A DNA stretch of 64,000 nt from contig JBHGNT010000007.1 in the NCBI GenBank assembly GCA_043228905.1, positions 21,018,001-21,082,000 on the forward strand. The letters are read 5' to 3'. The DNA is from Azolla caroliniana (lineage: Eukaryota; Plantae; Polypodiophyta). Shown piece by piece: positions 49,801 through 62,475 of this stretch. Below the pieces are notes generated by a model, which saw nothing but the letters and a program-made list of their open reading frames with translations, was not told the DNA's origin and searched no databases. Every line of letters begins with the position of its first letter. The stretch's first letter is position 1. A program made the translations under genes and the position numbers.

Positions 49801-50818
49801 TTTTAAGTTACATTGGCAGTGGTTATTAGCTCAACGTTTGGAGCTTACTCAACATTGGGTTTGGTCTGATGGAGCTGCATCACAATTCAAGGCTCGACGT
49901 CCATTTTATTTTGTGGGTAGGTATCCTGCCATAACAGGTTTGGAGATGAGATGGAATTTTTTTGGGTTTGGCCATGGTAAAGGTGAACATGATGGTGCAG
50001 GGGCTGTTATAAAGCGGGCACTTACCCATGAACAACTAAAGACAGATGGTGTGCACATGAATTGTGCATCACATGTAGTTGAATTTTTAAGAACAAATAT
50101 GTCAACGAGTGCCACAAGTGTTTATTCCTCGCAAGTCCGAGATATCAAACGTGAATTTTGGGAAGTGAAGATAGATGAAGTAAATAGGGAGAAGACCTGG
50201 GAGTGCCAAGGAATTCCCGAATTGCGATCTCTGCATGCTGTTTGTGGTTATTCCAGGTTGGATGGTCATTGTATTGCGGTTAGAGAATTGACTTGTTTTT
50301 GCTTTCATTGTGTGCAGGGAAATTGGAGATATTGTCTAAACAAAGCATACATTCAGAATTGGGAGTATCACACTCTGAATGATAAGGAAGCAGTTGATGG
50401 AGAAACAGGGCAGAATGCTGACTTCACATATGAGGGACTTGGAGATACTTTGAGTGATGTCCTGAACGTTGGGGATAACTTCGCTGTAAATGCTGAAGAA
50501 GGCAATTCAAAGGGTGTTGATTTCTATATATTAAAGTGCACGGTTAGTAAATAGTGTGCAAGGCAGAATATTGTAGATGCATGGGGAAATTTTGTATCTG
50601 CCGGGACATTCTACATCGAAGGCATTTTTTATGCAAAACTAGATGACTACGAATATGTGTACAGGCTGTTAGAAGACAAACCAGCGGCGTACATGTACTC
50701 TCATTTGGTCAGGTGCATCAACGTCCCAATGTCAGAATACAATAGCTGCTCAGGTTTATACACTGTTGGTGCTAATGTGTATGAATGTATTTACAATAGT
50801 ATGCCATGGAATTTGTAG
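46887..50818 (+). pseudogene. Sola2-like DDD transposase gene, two exons (~46887-47640 and 48977-50818), inactivated
   Basis: The splice CAG|GT...AG|GTC joins HLLDVPQ|VDLFIRFKRMHP in frame. Motifs: CCCIYH, VVDFAENY..Q.EIQS.HW, FISDD..HD, WSDGAASQFK, WNFF..GHGKGEHDGAGA and a CxCxxC tail. In-frame TAG stops at 49565 and 50552; frameshifts in exon 1. Confidence 0.85.
47685..48960. repeat. Palindromic TAGCTAATTAGCTA satellite filling transposase intron 47641-48976
   Basis: Dozens of copies at ~20-bp spacing, with a 233-bp higher-order period at 47752, 47985 and 48218. Confidence 0.97.
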
Positions 50819-51149
50819 CTACAAGTAGCACTTACCATGTTCTCTTGTAAAACAAACATGTATTTCGCGAAAACAGTTAAATAAATTCATTTGAGAATCA
50901 ATTTCTTGTATACAGTCTGCTTTCTGTGCTTCTTTCTCAATAAAATCATGTCTTTTTTGTTAAGTTTTAAGTTATAAGTTATAGCGAAATAGTCATCAGT
51001 AGCTAATTAGCTGTACAAAGGCAGCTAATTAGCTGTCAATAGCTAAATAGTCATCAATAGCATGAAATCAACAATCTACAACGTATTCCTCAAATTACAC
51101 AGTAGATAAGTACAGTGGGAACAAGTAATTAAATTCTTCATTGAATAAT

Positions 51150-52290
51150 GTCATCTCTTTACATATTTATAAATTACCATTGGAAATGTCTACAAATCTC
51201 CTATAAACAGCTAAGCTCTTGCTAGTCAGTGGAACGAATCTACATATTTTATCCGCATATCGAGCTCGGTATGGAGTCCACAACTATGCACCTAGTTGGC
51301 AGCTCACTGTTTGCACCAGGTACTGTTCAGGCATTTCCTCGGGTAGAATGAGACAGCATCTCCGAATATTGAAGTAGTGCCGGAAATGTTCTGTATCCAA
51401 AATCAATGTATTGTCAACATTATCTTCAGGCCAAGTAGCCCAAAAATCAGAAAGTCTCTTGAATCTTGCAGCTTCCATTTGCTCACAATTTTCTCATGCC
51501 CATTGACCTTTAAAACGACTTCGCCATTTTGGGAAGAATCTTGCCAAACACTTCCACACATCTGATTTTGGTTTTTCACTCCAAATAAACAAATCAAAGT
51601 ATTGCACAACCCACTCTAGAAACTGATTCGTGTCCCTCCTTGGCTGCATATATCTCACACTCATCAAGACTTTATCAAGCTCCAAGATGAAGGCTCTTCT
51701 TTCGACTTCTAGTGGTTTAGGTTTCCATTCCTGAAACTGAGCCGTTGTTACACCATTTTCTGGTAGGATACGATCAATCTCAATAAGCTCGGGTTCGACT
51801 AACACAACGGGCGTCCTTTTCCTCTTCAAACCCCTAGTCGACTGTGTTGGGCCTGGCTTCACATTCTGGTGCTCTTGTTTTGTCGACTTAGTTATCAATC
51901 CTTGGATTACCTCGGTGCATGTAGCTACTGATCTGCTCGATATCAGTCCACTGGTATCACATGCTGCATCTACCTGCAACACCAAGTCATCCGTGCTACA
52001 TGTTGCATCTACCTGCAACACCAAGTCATCCGTGCTACATGCTGCATCTACCTGCAACACCAAGTCATCCATGCAACATGCTTGATCAACTTGTGTGACC
52101 AGATCACTTGTGTCAGTTGCTACATCTACTTTCAAGATGGGGCCCTTTAAACATGCCACAACATCAACAGTATCCACACTGCCATTGGCCTTACGAGCAA
52201 TAGAATCAAACCCTTTAGACTCTGCAACATCAGAAAACACCAACATATTCACACTCACAAAGTAACTAACAGTCTCACAAAACAACATCC
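51150..52290 (-). pseudogene. Transposon cargo exon: FCP1/SCP (NIF, HAD-fold) phosphatase-like domain preceded by 13-aa repeats
   Basis: RRAFILELDKVL...RRDTNQFLEWVVQYFDLFIWS...ENC...FKRLSDFW...NTLILD follows the NIF pattern (LVLDLDETL...RP..EFL...F...V.T...C...KDL...NT.IVD). DxDxT is degenerate, and there are in-frame stops. Confidence 0.65.
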
Positions 52291-53019
52291 TAAAAAATCA
52301 AAGAGTTTCAGTCATAGAACAACACTCTTCAAATTATCTTGGAAAAACATCATAGAGTTCCATTACATAATGTGGATCAAGCAACAACCAATCTGAGCTT
52401 TTACTTGTCCAACAGGATAGTAAAACTTCATAAAACCCTAGCAAAGTCCCTAAGCTAACAATCTTATCCAACTAAACAGTATTTCGCTCCACTACATCTA
52501 GGCCCCTTGACCGAGTAACTGGTCTTGTTCCCGATCGTGGCCCCTTCTTCAGCCTTTTTCTGGTCGGTTCCCCATTTAGCCTTTCTTCTTTCACCCAATG
52601 CGCAAGTGTGTCCTCCTCCGACAACCTTCCCATCGCCTCAGCAACTAATTGCACATCAGCCATTTCTTGAACTAGCTTTTCAAGTACAGAGGGATCTGTT
52701 TGGACATTTTCAATAGTTGGGCTCGGTGGGGTGGAATCAAGGTCTTGAGATTCGAAGAAATGTTGCATCAAGTGTTCATAAACACTGTTGTTGTGAACCT
52801 CAGTTTTACATGTTGTTTCCACTATTTCATGGCATTTCACATCGTTGCCTAATTCAGTACACTGTTCCAAAAGAATAGGGTGGAGCTGATCTGAAGGAGA
52901 TGTGATAGTAGGACTTTTACTTTCAGCCACGTTGGCAGCAGTATCCTCATCTGTTGCAGCGTCATCAGCACCAGACACATCATGTGCCGTCCTTAATCCA
53001 CAAGATTCTACAATAACAT

Positions 53020-53825
53020 GGCAGCTATTTAGGATAGCTAATTAGCTACTTTACTAAACTATGGTAGAAGCTAGGATAGCTAATTAGCTAGTACGATAGC
53101 TAATTAGCTAGTACGATAGCTAATTAGCTACTTTACTCAACTATGGTAGTAGCTAGGATAGCTAATTAGCTACTATGGTAGCTAATTAGCTACTTTACTC
53201 AACTATGGTAGTAGCTAGGATAGCTAATTAGCTACTTTACTCAACTATGGTAGTAGCTAGGATAGCTAATTAGCTACTTTACTAACTATGGTAGTAGCTA
53301 GGATAGCTAATTAGCTACTTTACTAACTATGGTAGTAGCTAGGATAGCTAATTAGCTAGTAGGATAGCTAATTAGCTACAATGATAGCTAATTAGCTACT
53401 TTCTCAACTATGTAGTAGCTAGGATAGCTTATTAGCTACTAGGATAGCTAATTAGCTGCCAGTAGCTAATTAGCTACTAGGATAGCTTATTAGCTACTTT
53501 ACACAACTATGGCAGTAGCTAATTAGCTAGTTGGATAGATAATTAGTTGTCAGTAGCTAATTAGCTAGTAGGATAGCTAATTAGCTTTTTTACACAACTA
53601 TTGTACTAGCTAATTAGCTAGTACCATAGCTAATTAGCTACTAGGATAGCTAATTAGCTAGTAGGATAGCTAATTAGCTTTTTTACACAACTATGGTACT
53701 AGCGAATTAGCTAGTACCATAGCTAATTAGCTACTAGGATAGCTAATTAGCTAGTAGCTCATTAGCTGCCAGTAGCTAATTAGCTAGTAGGATAGCTAAT
53801 TAGAAAAGACTAAGCTTATTAGCTA
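53020..53825. repeat. Second TAGCTAATTAGCTA satellite, inside the cargo-gene intron
   Basis: Same palindromic core, with recurring ~41-bp units (CTTTACTCAACTATGGTAGTAGCTAGGA...). Confidence 0.97.
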
Positions 53826-55214
53826 CAATATGGTATACCTGTTAGTTTTCTCCACTCATTTGGTAGAGCTATACTGCAATCTCCCAAACAGAATGCAGCA
53901 ATTCGACAGGCATGTTGAAAACAAAGCTGATGGTATGTGTGGTTGCATGATTGTAGATGAACCAACAAAGACGCAGTTTTGTCCTCCACACCTAACCCGC
54001 AAGCGATGCAACGTGCTTGAACTGTCAATAAATCATTTTCTGGTTCTGCTTCATTTGGTAAGGGAGCAAGAATGTTCAGGTCCAAATCCTGTCTGGTCCT
54101 TACCATTCCCTCCACAAAATGTAGCTGCTTCTTAAGGCAGCTAACTACCTGTTCTTGATGAATGTATTGTTCCTTTAACGCAACACAGAAATTTACCGAT
54201 TAATTATTCATGTTGTTGAAAGATACACCAACTTTGGTCAGGAATCGTTAACTTACTTGAACCTTATCCAAATTGTAATCTGCAACAGTATTTACACCTA
54301 GAAGGTCCAGGTTCATTGAAAGAACCTGGATCTCTATTTGCAGTTGTATTTTACATTGGGGATCTAGTGGCCCCTCTAATTCAAGCTCTTGTTGCGCAAC
54401 CTATTCCAGATAATGCTTGATTAGCACATTTTACCCTTAAAGTTATTTATAACACAATCACATACCAGCAAAACAATAGTTACCTGAATCTTATTTCTAA
54501 TCCTTGTAACAGCGGAAGTAACTTTGCTCTCCATTGCCGAAGCCATTCTGGCTTTCTCTAAATCAGTCTTAAAAAATGCCAATGTCTCATAGGCTTCATG
54601 GACATTTTTTTGCATATAGCTAACCAATGTCTCACTTGTATCATTGACATTGGCTTTCCTTGGGTGTCGGTGTGGTGTATGCCCCCGGTCTTGCTGGGAG
54701 TCGGCAGTTGCATCAACAACTGCCATGCTCCAAAATCTGTCTATTTTTTGTGCCAAGGTCCCCATCTTTTGGCATCTTTTCACCGATGCCTCACCATAGA
54801 CTGCCCAAGCTACCCTATACATTTAAGGGTCTCTGGATTCCTTCGCTGTTTTGCAGTACTCATATGCAAATGCTCTAGCAAATGAAACTGACAACTCATT
54901 GTTGACTGGGATCTCCTGATGAACTTTCTGGTGCAGTCTCATGCAGTCATCGTACAAGTCGGCTCATACATGCTTCAGCTTGACCTTGCCTTTGACTCTA
55001 GGCACTGTATATACTGTCATCCAGTCTACATCACTGATCAATTTATCACTTAGGACAGTAGGGTCAACACCCTCGAGTGACAGACCATAGGTGTTGTGGA
55101 AGTCCTCCTTTGTCTCGCAAAATTTTGCGAAGTTTAGCACTCTCGTATACGGAGGAATGAGCCATTTGAAATATCATTTCAGAAATTAGAAATAGTGCAA
55201 AATCAGAATATGTG

Positions 55215-55765
55215 AGAATCAGAAACCCCAATCAACAACAACAACAAAAATGGTGCAAAATCTTTAACTTAGCAAATTAGAAACCCTAATCATAATTTGT
55301 ATTCAGAAATTTGAAATCAGAAACCCTAATCAAAATCTGTAATCAGAAGTTTGAAATCAGAAACCCTAATCAAAATCTGTAATCAGAAGTTTGTAACCAG
55401 AAACCTTATTCAGAAATTCTAATCAGAAATTCTAATCAGAAATTTATAATCAAAAACCCTAATCAGAAATTTCAATCAGAAACCCTAATCAGAAATTTCA
55501 ATCACAAACCCTAATCAGAAATCCTAAGCAGAAATTTATAAACAAAAACCCTATTCAGAAATTATAATCTGTAATCAAAATTTGTAACCAGAAACCCTAT
55601 TCAGAAATTCTAATCAGAAATTTATAATCAAAAACCCTAATCAGAAATTTCAATCAGAAACCCTAATCAGAAATTTCAATCACAAAACCTAATCAGAAAT
55701 TCTAATCAGAAATTTATAAACAAAAACCCTAATCAAAAATTTCAATCGGAAACCCCAATCATCAG
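55215..55765. repeat. Telo-box-like minisatellite (AAACCCTAATCAGAAATT)n
   Basis: More than 12 AAACCCTA(A/T)T copies interleaved with ATCAGAAAT. Confidence 0.85.
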
Positions 55766-58700
55766 TAAAGACAGGATTAAAAACAAAAAAAGTAATATAA
55801 ACACACCTGTTGCTACTCCCCGATTTGCGAGACATCCTTGTATGGGACTCCAAGGACTTCGCCCTATTCGATTTTGGGGAAATATGAATCGGCACCAAAG
55901 TTCAGACAGTAGTCAAAAAGAAAAAACAAATGTTTGGGGTTTCTGTAATTGAAACATACCTGGACGATGATCAAGCGGGTTCTGTGTTGTAGCTCTCAAT
56001 CTGCAATGTCGATTTTCTGTTGTTGTGGGAGCTACGTCTACGTTCGTGCTCTGAGTACTCCATCTGCGTTCAAAATCAGACTTAGGCTAAACAGGAAATT
56101 GATGACATTGAAGTTGACCTTAGATCATGGTGCTATTCCCCAAGTTCCACTACGTCTGAAACAGAAGTTCAAATATTTGAGTTTTTTCATAAATTAGTTT
56201 TTCAAATATTTGATTTTCCCACAAAAAAGACTAGCTAAACAAATAGCTAATTAGCTATGGCCATTTTAGTAGCTAATTAGCTATAATAGTGTTTCCACTC
56301 GCATGCTTTTACCCTTTTGCCTAGCGATGACAGGTCTAACTTCTTCCTGGCGGAGGAGTTGGTGACCGTGTCGATGTTAAGCTTCCTGGCGATGTCCATG
56401 GCATTCGGGTGTGGGGGTGTTTCTGCAACCCGGATGTATCCATCCAAGCATTTCTTCACGAGCCATCAGCGTAAGGCAGTGGAGATGAAGATCGTCATCG
56501 CCAGAGGAGGTTCGTGGGAAGGAGACTGGTGGTTGCGGTGGGTTGTAACTGTGTGATAGGATGGAGGAGAAGGTGAGGGGGAGGAGCGATGGAAGCGCTG
56601 ATAGCTAGAAGATGAGTTTCAGTTTTGTGCAGAAAATCTTCTGTTTCCTTCTTTTTGTGGCTTAGGGTTCATTAGGCGGTGAGCCATCGTGGTGCCGCGT
56701 GTTCTTGAACTAGGAGTTTGTGCATGTCTTTAGTCGTTTTAATAGTCGCTATCTTCTCCTTTTTTTTTCTTTTTATTTTCATAACGGTTATCTACAACCT
56801 ATTTTTACATTATGTTACAAGTGGGGCCGCCGCTCATTTACGGTGCGGGTTCTCCGGCTCTGTCCTGTTCGGCGGTGAATGGGTTCGATGGCGTAGGGCC
56901 TAGGTAAGGTTTGAGCCAAAACCCATTCACCTTTTGCCGGACTACTTCCTTGGCCAGCGTACCTAGTTGGAACGTGCCTTGTTTTGCTCCAATTATCTAG
57001 TATGGGCCGGTCCAGCAGAATCGTAACTTCCTTGGCATATGGCCCATGCGAGTTTGGAAAACTAGCACTGCTCGACCCATGGCGAACTCCTTTTCCCTTG
57101 CGTGCCGATGTCGATCCACAAATGCTTTACGCCATCATTGTTCCTGTTCCAACACAGCCATGCTGTGGAGGCGTTGTTGGCCACCGTAGGCCCGCCTGCC
57201 ATACTTTTCGGGTTGTAACATCGCCCGCGTAATGGCCGCCTGTTGTGCCGCAGTGTGCCTCCCGTAAAACTGCTTCCTTCTCATCCTACCGTACCCCACG
57301 TCGCCAAATGTCGTCACTTCCTTTGTGATATAAAACGCCTTCGACGAGGCAGAAGTGACGGCTTCGGACGGCTAGTCGTTTCTTCTCGTCCGTGCGTAAT
57401 TGTGGTGGAGGCAGTCCCGTAGTCAAAAAGTACGTCATTTCCATAAGCCACCGGTCCGGAAAGGTCGACTTCGTTCTTTTTGCTAGTGTTGCTACCCGCA
57501 GGATATCAGCGTCCAAAAAATCATCGTCTTCTTTCTGTACTGTTTCTCCATTCTCCAGTCTACTCAAAAAATCCGTCACTACGTGTTGCGTCCCTAGTCG
57601 GTGTTGGATTACGAAATCAAATTCTTGGAGCAGCAGCATCCACCGCGCCAATTTCCCTGTCAGGGCTTGTTTCTCCACCAAATACAGTAGTGCCAAATGA
57701 TCCACGTGGAACGTGAATTTCCTTCATAATAAATAGTGCCGGAATTTATTGATGCTATAGATCATCCCTAGCGCCTCCCGCTCCGTTGTGGAGTAGTTAC
57801 GCTCTGCTATTGATAATTTGCGACCAACGTAGTATATTGGCCGGTACCAGCTTGGTTCGGTGAGCTACATTAGTGCACTTCCTATTGCTATGTCCGAGGC
57901 GTCGACGAACACGTGGAATGGCTTCGCCCAAATTGCTGGTTGTACGACGGGAGCCTGTGTGAGCATTATCTTAAGTGCCTCGTAGGCCTTATCCTCCGTT
58001 GCAGCCCATTGGAAAGGAGTCCGATGTACAGCAGCGTGTAACGACGTGGCGAAGTCCGCCAAATACTGTATCATCCGACTATGCCACCGTATTCGTCCCA
58101 AAAACCGGCTGAGTGATTTGGCGTTTGTCGGAGTGTTGGCTTGTGTAATCACAGAGATTTTGTTCGGGTCAACCGTTATTCCCTCCTTGCTGACGATATG
58201 GCCCAAGAGAGTCCCGCTGGTCACGCCGAAAGCACATTTCGCGGGATTCAGGCTTAAGCGTGCGGTGCGGCAACGTTCTAGGCACAATTGTCAGTGCGAA
58301 AAATGTTCTATTGTTCACCCATATACCGCAAAGTCGTCTAAAAAAACTTGCATGAACGCCGGAATTGTCCGTTGAAATGTTGTCGGCGCCGTCTTTAGCC
58401 CGAACATCATGACGACTGCCACATATACTCCCCAGTCCGTGACAAATGTCGTCTTTTCTTGGTCCTCGGGATGCATGCATACCTGGTTATAGCCACTGAA
58501 GCCATCTAAAAAACTGTACATCTCATGGCATGCGACGACGTCCAGTACGCTATCGGTGAAGGGTAAGGGAAATGCGTCCATAATAGTGACGGCGTTTAAT
58601 TTTCGGTAATCTACGCATACCCGTATTTTGCCGTTTTTCTTTGGAACAACCACTATCGGGCTTAACCATGTCGCTTGTTTAGCTGGTCGTATGAACCCCG

Positions 58701-58950
58701 CCTTGAGGAGCTTGTCAATTTCTTCTTTCACGCGGGTCGCGTAGTTTGGGTTCATGCGGTAGCGGCGCTGTTGGACGGGTTTCGCGTCGGTTGCTAAATT
58801 GATCGTATGTTGATAAAACTTGGGATCTAACCCCTTCATGTCCTCGTGAGCCCAAGCGAACACATCCTTATATTCCGTGAGTAGTGCGATCATCGTTTTT
58901 CGCTGGTCCGGCCTTAATTCCTTTGCGATGGAGAGGAAACGAGGCTCCGA

Positions 58951-59030
58951 TTCCGTACCCATATTTACTTCATCGCAAAGGAAATCTCCAGGGAAATCGC
59001 AAGGGAAATGAAGTAAATATGGGTACGGAA
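58951..59030. repeat. Perfect 23-bp inverted repeat with a patchwork spacer in the PR-RT linker
   Basis: TTCCGTACCCATATTTACTTCAT (58951-58973) and its reverse complement (59008-59030). Confidence 0.92.
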
Positions 59031-61530
59031 ATCTCCATTTCCCTTTCAAATGCCGCCTGTGCTCTGCTGAGTTCCAATATGGACTCTAGGTTTGGTTCGT
59101 AAGGCTCGTCGTGGAGAACAATGGTCGTGGCATATTCTGCCGCGGTTGCGATGACGTCTATTTCAAACAGCGGAATAATCCGAGGGTGCTTGTCGAGGTA
59201 TGCCTCTAATTCTGCATCCTCCACCCAAGCCAACATATTTATATCTTCTGCGTATAATGGTGTTATACCCTTCGGTTGTGGCGTGCTTCCCTCCGTAGGT
59301 ACGCGAACCTTGGTGCGTCCGTGGCGGAAACTAATGCACTTGTGTTTCCAGCTCTGCTTGATATTTGCTACCCGAAGCCATGGTCTGCCCAAAAGCACTG
59401 GGTATGCCCTTGGGGCATCCAAGGCGAGGACGACCGCCGAGATGTCGAATCGATGTCCGCCCATGATAATACTGATTTTGCGAATTAACCCTAATGGTCG
59501 TATTGAGTGGGTATCTGCCATTCGGAGCCAGAATGGGCAAGCCTCCCATTCTGAAATCCCTAACTGCTCGCAAGTTTTCGCGCTAATTACATTGACGCCT
59601 GAGCCGCCGTCGATTACACATCCAGGAATTTCCTGTCCGTGTAATATTAATGTAATAACCAGGTTGTGCTTATCTACTACCGGCGGTCCACTGCTAACGT
59701 TTGTAAGGTTTGTAGCGATATTCACCCCGGGTATGCCTGTCACCCGTTCTTCCATGGTCTGGCGGAAGCGTGGGACTAGCTGTAGTAGTTTCTCCATGGT
59801 TAACGTTATCTCACAGCCCGCTAACGCCTGCCAAATGGGGTCTGGGACCGGTCTTTCGTCCTCTGCTCGCTCCATTGTGTTCGCGGACTCCTTTCGCATA
59901 CGTTCCGTATTTGTCACGTTTGCTTTTTCCACCCACGCTTGGGCTTGTTAGCGTACCTCGTCTTGCGCAGCCCAATCAGCCGTTTTTGTTTGCTGGCGTG
60001 TCGTGACTTGCTGCACCTCCGCCGTAATCGTATTGACTGTGGGCCCCTTTCCCTTGCGTGTTGGGAATTGCGTGGCATAATGTCCGGGTTGCTGACAAAT
60101 AAAACAATGGATGCTTGATTCACCCTTCTCGGCTCCTGGTGGTGTGTGCCTCTCCCTTGGTGCTACTTGCTCCTTGCGGTCCGGCCTCGTTTGTCGGAAC
60201 GTACGCGGTGGCTGCTTCTGGTCCCGTCGTTGTTCCTGGTGCGGCTCATCCCACGAGCTTTCGTCGTAACGCCGGTGATCCCGATATTGTCGTGGCTTAC
60301 CACGATAACCATTGAAGCCTCCCCGTTTGTTTGCCGGTCGTTGATTCTCATAGCGTCGACCCCCTTTGGCATAACTCGAATGTCCACGATAATCCTCGTC
60401 CTCTGGTTTGTCCTCCTCGGAATCGTTGTGATTTCGGCAATTCCGATGGTACTGGTCCTCCCGTGGGTTGCGATCCTTATACCGGGGTCGGTCTTCTTGC
60501 CTCCTTTGTTCAGTCCGGTGTGGTTGACGTTGTGTGTCCATGTTGCGGACTGCGGGAGTGGCTCTATTTAACATATTGTACTCACATTGGTCGACTGTGT
60601 GAGCCTTCCAGTGGCAGATTGGGCAGTGGATTTGCATATTGCAGTCCACTGCAGAATGCCCCGAGTTCAAGCAAATCGTGCACTGGAATGCTTAACGAAA
60701 CTGGCGTTCCTCATCCTGAGGTAACGCTTGTCGTAAGGAGGACATAGAAAACCTTTCCTCGTCATCTAACTCGAGCTGTAACACTCATTCAATTACCATA
60801 TCCACCATTTCCCCTTTCACGCTATTGTTGTTCAGCGTTGCCCGAATGGGCCGACGTAAAGCTGCTAGAAATGTTTCCCGAGCCTCATCTTCTACGGGGC
60901 TTCGTTCCAGTTTCCGTCGTAAATTTTGGAAATGTAAGCTGAAGTCCGCTATCGTCTCTATTGGTAGTTGCTTAATCGTATAAAACTATCCAAGAATTTC
61001 GCGTTATGGAACCCTCCGATGGAAGAATCGCAAGAACGCGGACTGCAGCTGATTGAAGGTTGTTATTGCTGGTAAATCCATCTGTGAATGCCAAAACGCC
61101 GCTCACCCATTTAATGTTAACCCGAACTCCGTCATTTTCGACTGGTGTGCTACCGCCTCCGAAAGGCTCTGCGCCATGTGGTTCGCATTCCAGACATTCA
61201 GGAACATGCGAATATGCGTTGCGGCGTCGGTTTCGCCGTTAAAGCAGGGGTAGGCAAAGGCAATGCTGGGGGCTATGGCAGGTCGGGAAAGACCACCGGG
61301 TGGTTGTGGTGGGCGTAGTCTCTGCATCTCGTCGAGGTATTTGGAGAGTGAAGAATCACCTTTGTACTCACGGCAGGTAGTACTGAGGTTGCTGAGGTGC
61401 GGCTTTTGCCGTGCGCGTTCTTCTGCTTGGCGTGTGACGGACCTTGTTATTGGCCGGTCTTGTCGTGTTGGTTCTCTAGGGCGTCTGCGGCTAAACATCC
61501 ATTCGTCGTTGTTCGTCTGTGAGAAGACAC

Positions 61531-61548
61531 AGATCACCAAGTGTGCCA
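61531..61548 (-). other. Primer-binding site (tRNA-Arg-like, decayed) of the Athila-like element
   Basis: TGGCACACTTGGTG lies 4 nt after the 5' LTR and matches TGGCACGCCTGGTG at 12/14, with two transitions. Confidence 0.7.
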
Positions 61549-62254
61549 AAAGTGTTGCCGATTAGGAACACGGTCCGTGGTCAGTCCTTCGACCTAGACC
61601 TCCAAGTGGGTGTGGAACAATGAATAGGCGTCTAAGCGTAATGCGTAGGGGAATGTTCCCTGTAACCTATCAGCGTATAAAGGAGACGACTACAACCGAA
61701 TCCTTAGCAAAGGTTACACTTACGTTCTTACACGCTTAGGTCTTCAAGATACACACATTGGATTAGCCGTAGCTACACACAGAGAATCAGAGAAGATTAC
61801 ACGTTTCTTACATTCCCGAAATTACACGCTCCCTCTATCAGAGGTTTTCGGCCCTTTATATACGTAGTGTCTATTTAGCCATTCACACTTCCTGCATGAA
61901 CCATTACATGCGTTATGATCTTATATTATTTCTTATTCCTACGTTTTTGTCCGTCGGTTACTATTCCGGCGGACAACAAGGCCCACTTGCTTTTATTGCG
62001 AAAAGCCAGGGCACTTCCAAAAGAATTGCCGACACTTCCGGAAGCAGAAAGGAACTAAAAATGCTGACTCGAAGAAGGGTTCGAACCGGAGGAGTTCGGA
62101 TCGAAAATGAAAGTTGGCAATCGCGACAAGTGAAGAAGAGTTGTTAACTTTCTCATCACCGAGGAAAAGGAGCTACATCTTGTTAGCGATGAAACGGCGT
62201 GGGTGGTCGACTCCAGCACATTGTTCCATCTTACCCCCGATCGGAAATGAAGGC

Positions 62255-62475
62255 GGGGAATGAAGGTGCATGTCGGATTGCTGGCATAGGAGACATGTGG
62301 TTGACTATGTCAACCAGGTGCAAGTTGCTATTGAATCCGGATGGGGAATGAAGCTGCATGTCGGATTGCTGGCATAGGAGACATGTGGTTGACTACGTCA
62401 ATCGGGTGCAAGTTGCTGGCATAGGAGACATGTGGTAGACTACATCAACCCGGGTGCAAGGTGCAACCGGGTGCA
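62255..62475 (+). repeat. Local tandem re-duplications within the Copia protease region
   Basis: GCTGGCATAGGAGACATGTGG occurs three times and GGTGCAA about five times; the homolog at 23890-23970 has one copy. Confidence 0.85.

Larger units (their letters stand above)
52472..55960 (-). pseudogene. Multi-exon cargo gene in the Sola2-like element, with a RING-H2-like finger
   Basis: CIAC...CNHTYHQLC...CLGDC at 53839-54115. The GT-AG intron 53008-53838 joins this exon in frame to the acidic ORF 52472-52978. Further coding-like exons at 54484-55160; upstream exon limits are uncertain. Confidence 0.65.
39132..56314 (+). mobile_element. Large Sola2-like DNA transposon (~10.6 kb without the nested Gypsy); 25-bp TIRs, 4-bp TSD TTTT
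   Basis: TIR GGGTGAAAGCATGCGAGTGGAAACA (39132-39156) matches 56290-56314 with one mismatch. TTTT at 39128-39131 and 56315-56318. GRG termini, a 4-bp TSD and the transposase motifs fit Sola2. Confidence 0.85.
36059..61978 (-). mobile_element. Athila-like Ty3/Gypsy element (5' LTR 61553-61978, 3' LTR 36059-36497), TSD AGGCC, integrase core deleted, extra 3' ORF
   Basis: Direct repeats TGTTGCCG...GGACAACA; AGGCC at 36054-36058 and 61979-61983. Gag with zinc knuckles (59948-61549), PR (VIDGGSGVN), RT (DAFPLPF, FLDGFSGYNQ, VFLDDF), RH (LQEFDF...DFLSRL). No additional archaeal-type RNase H is visible, so it is Athila-like rather than Tat. Confidence 0.93.
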
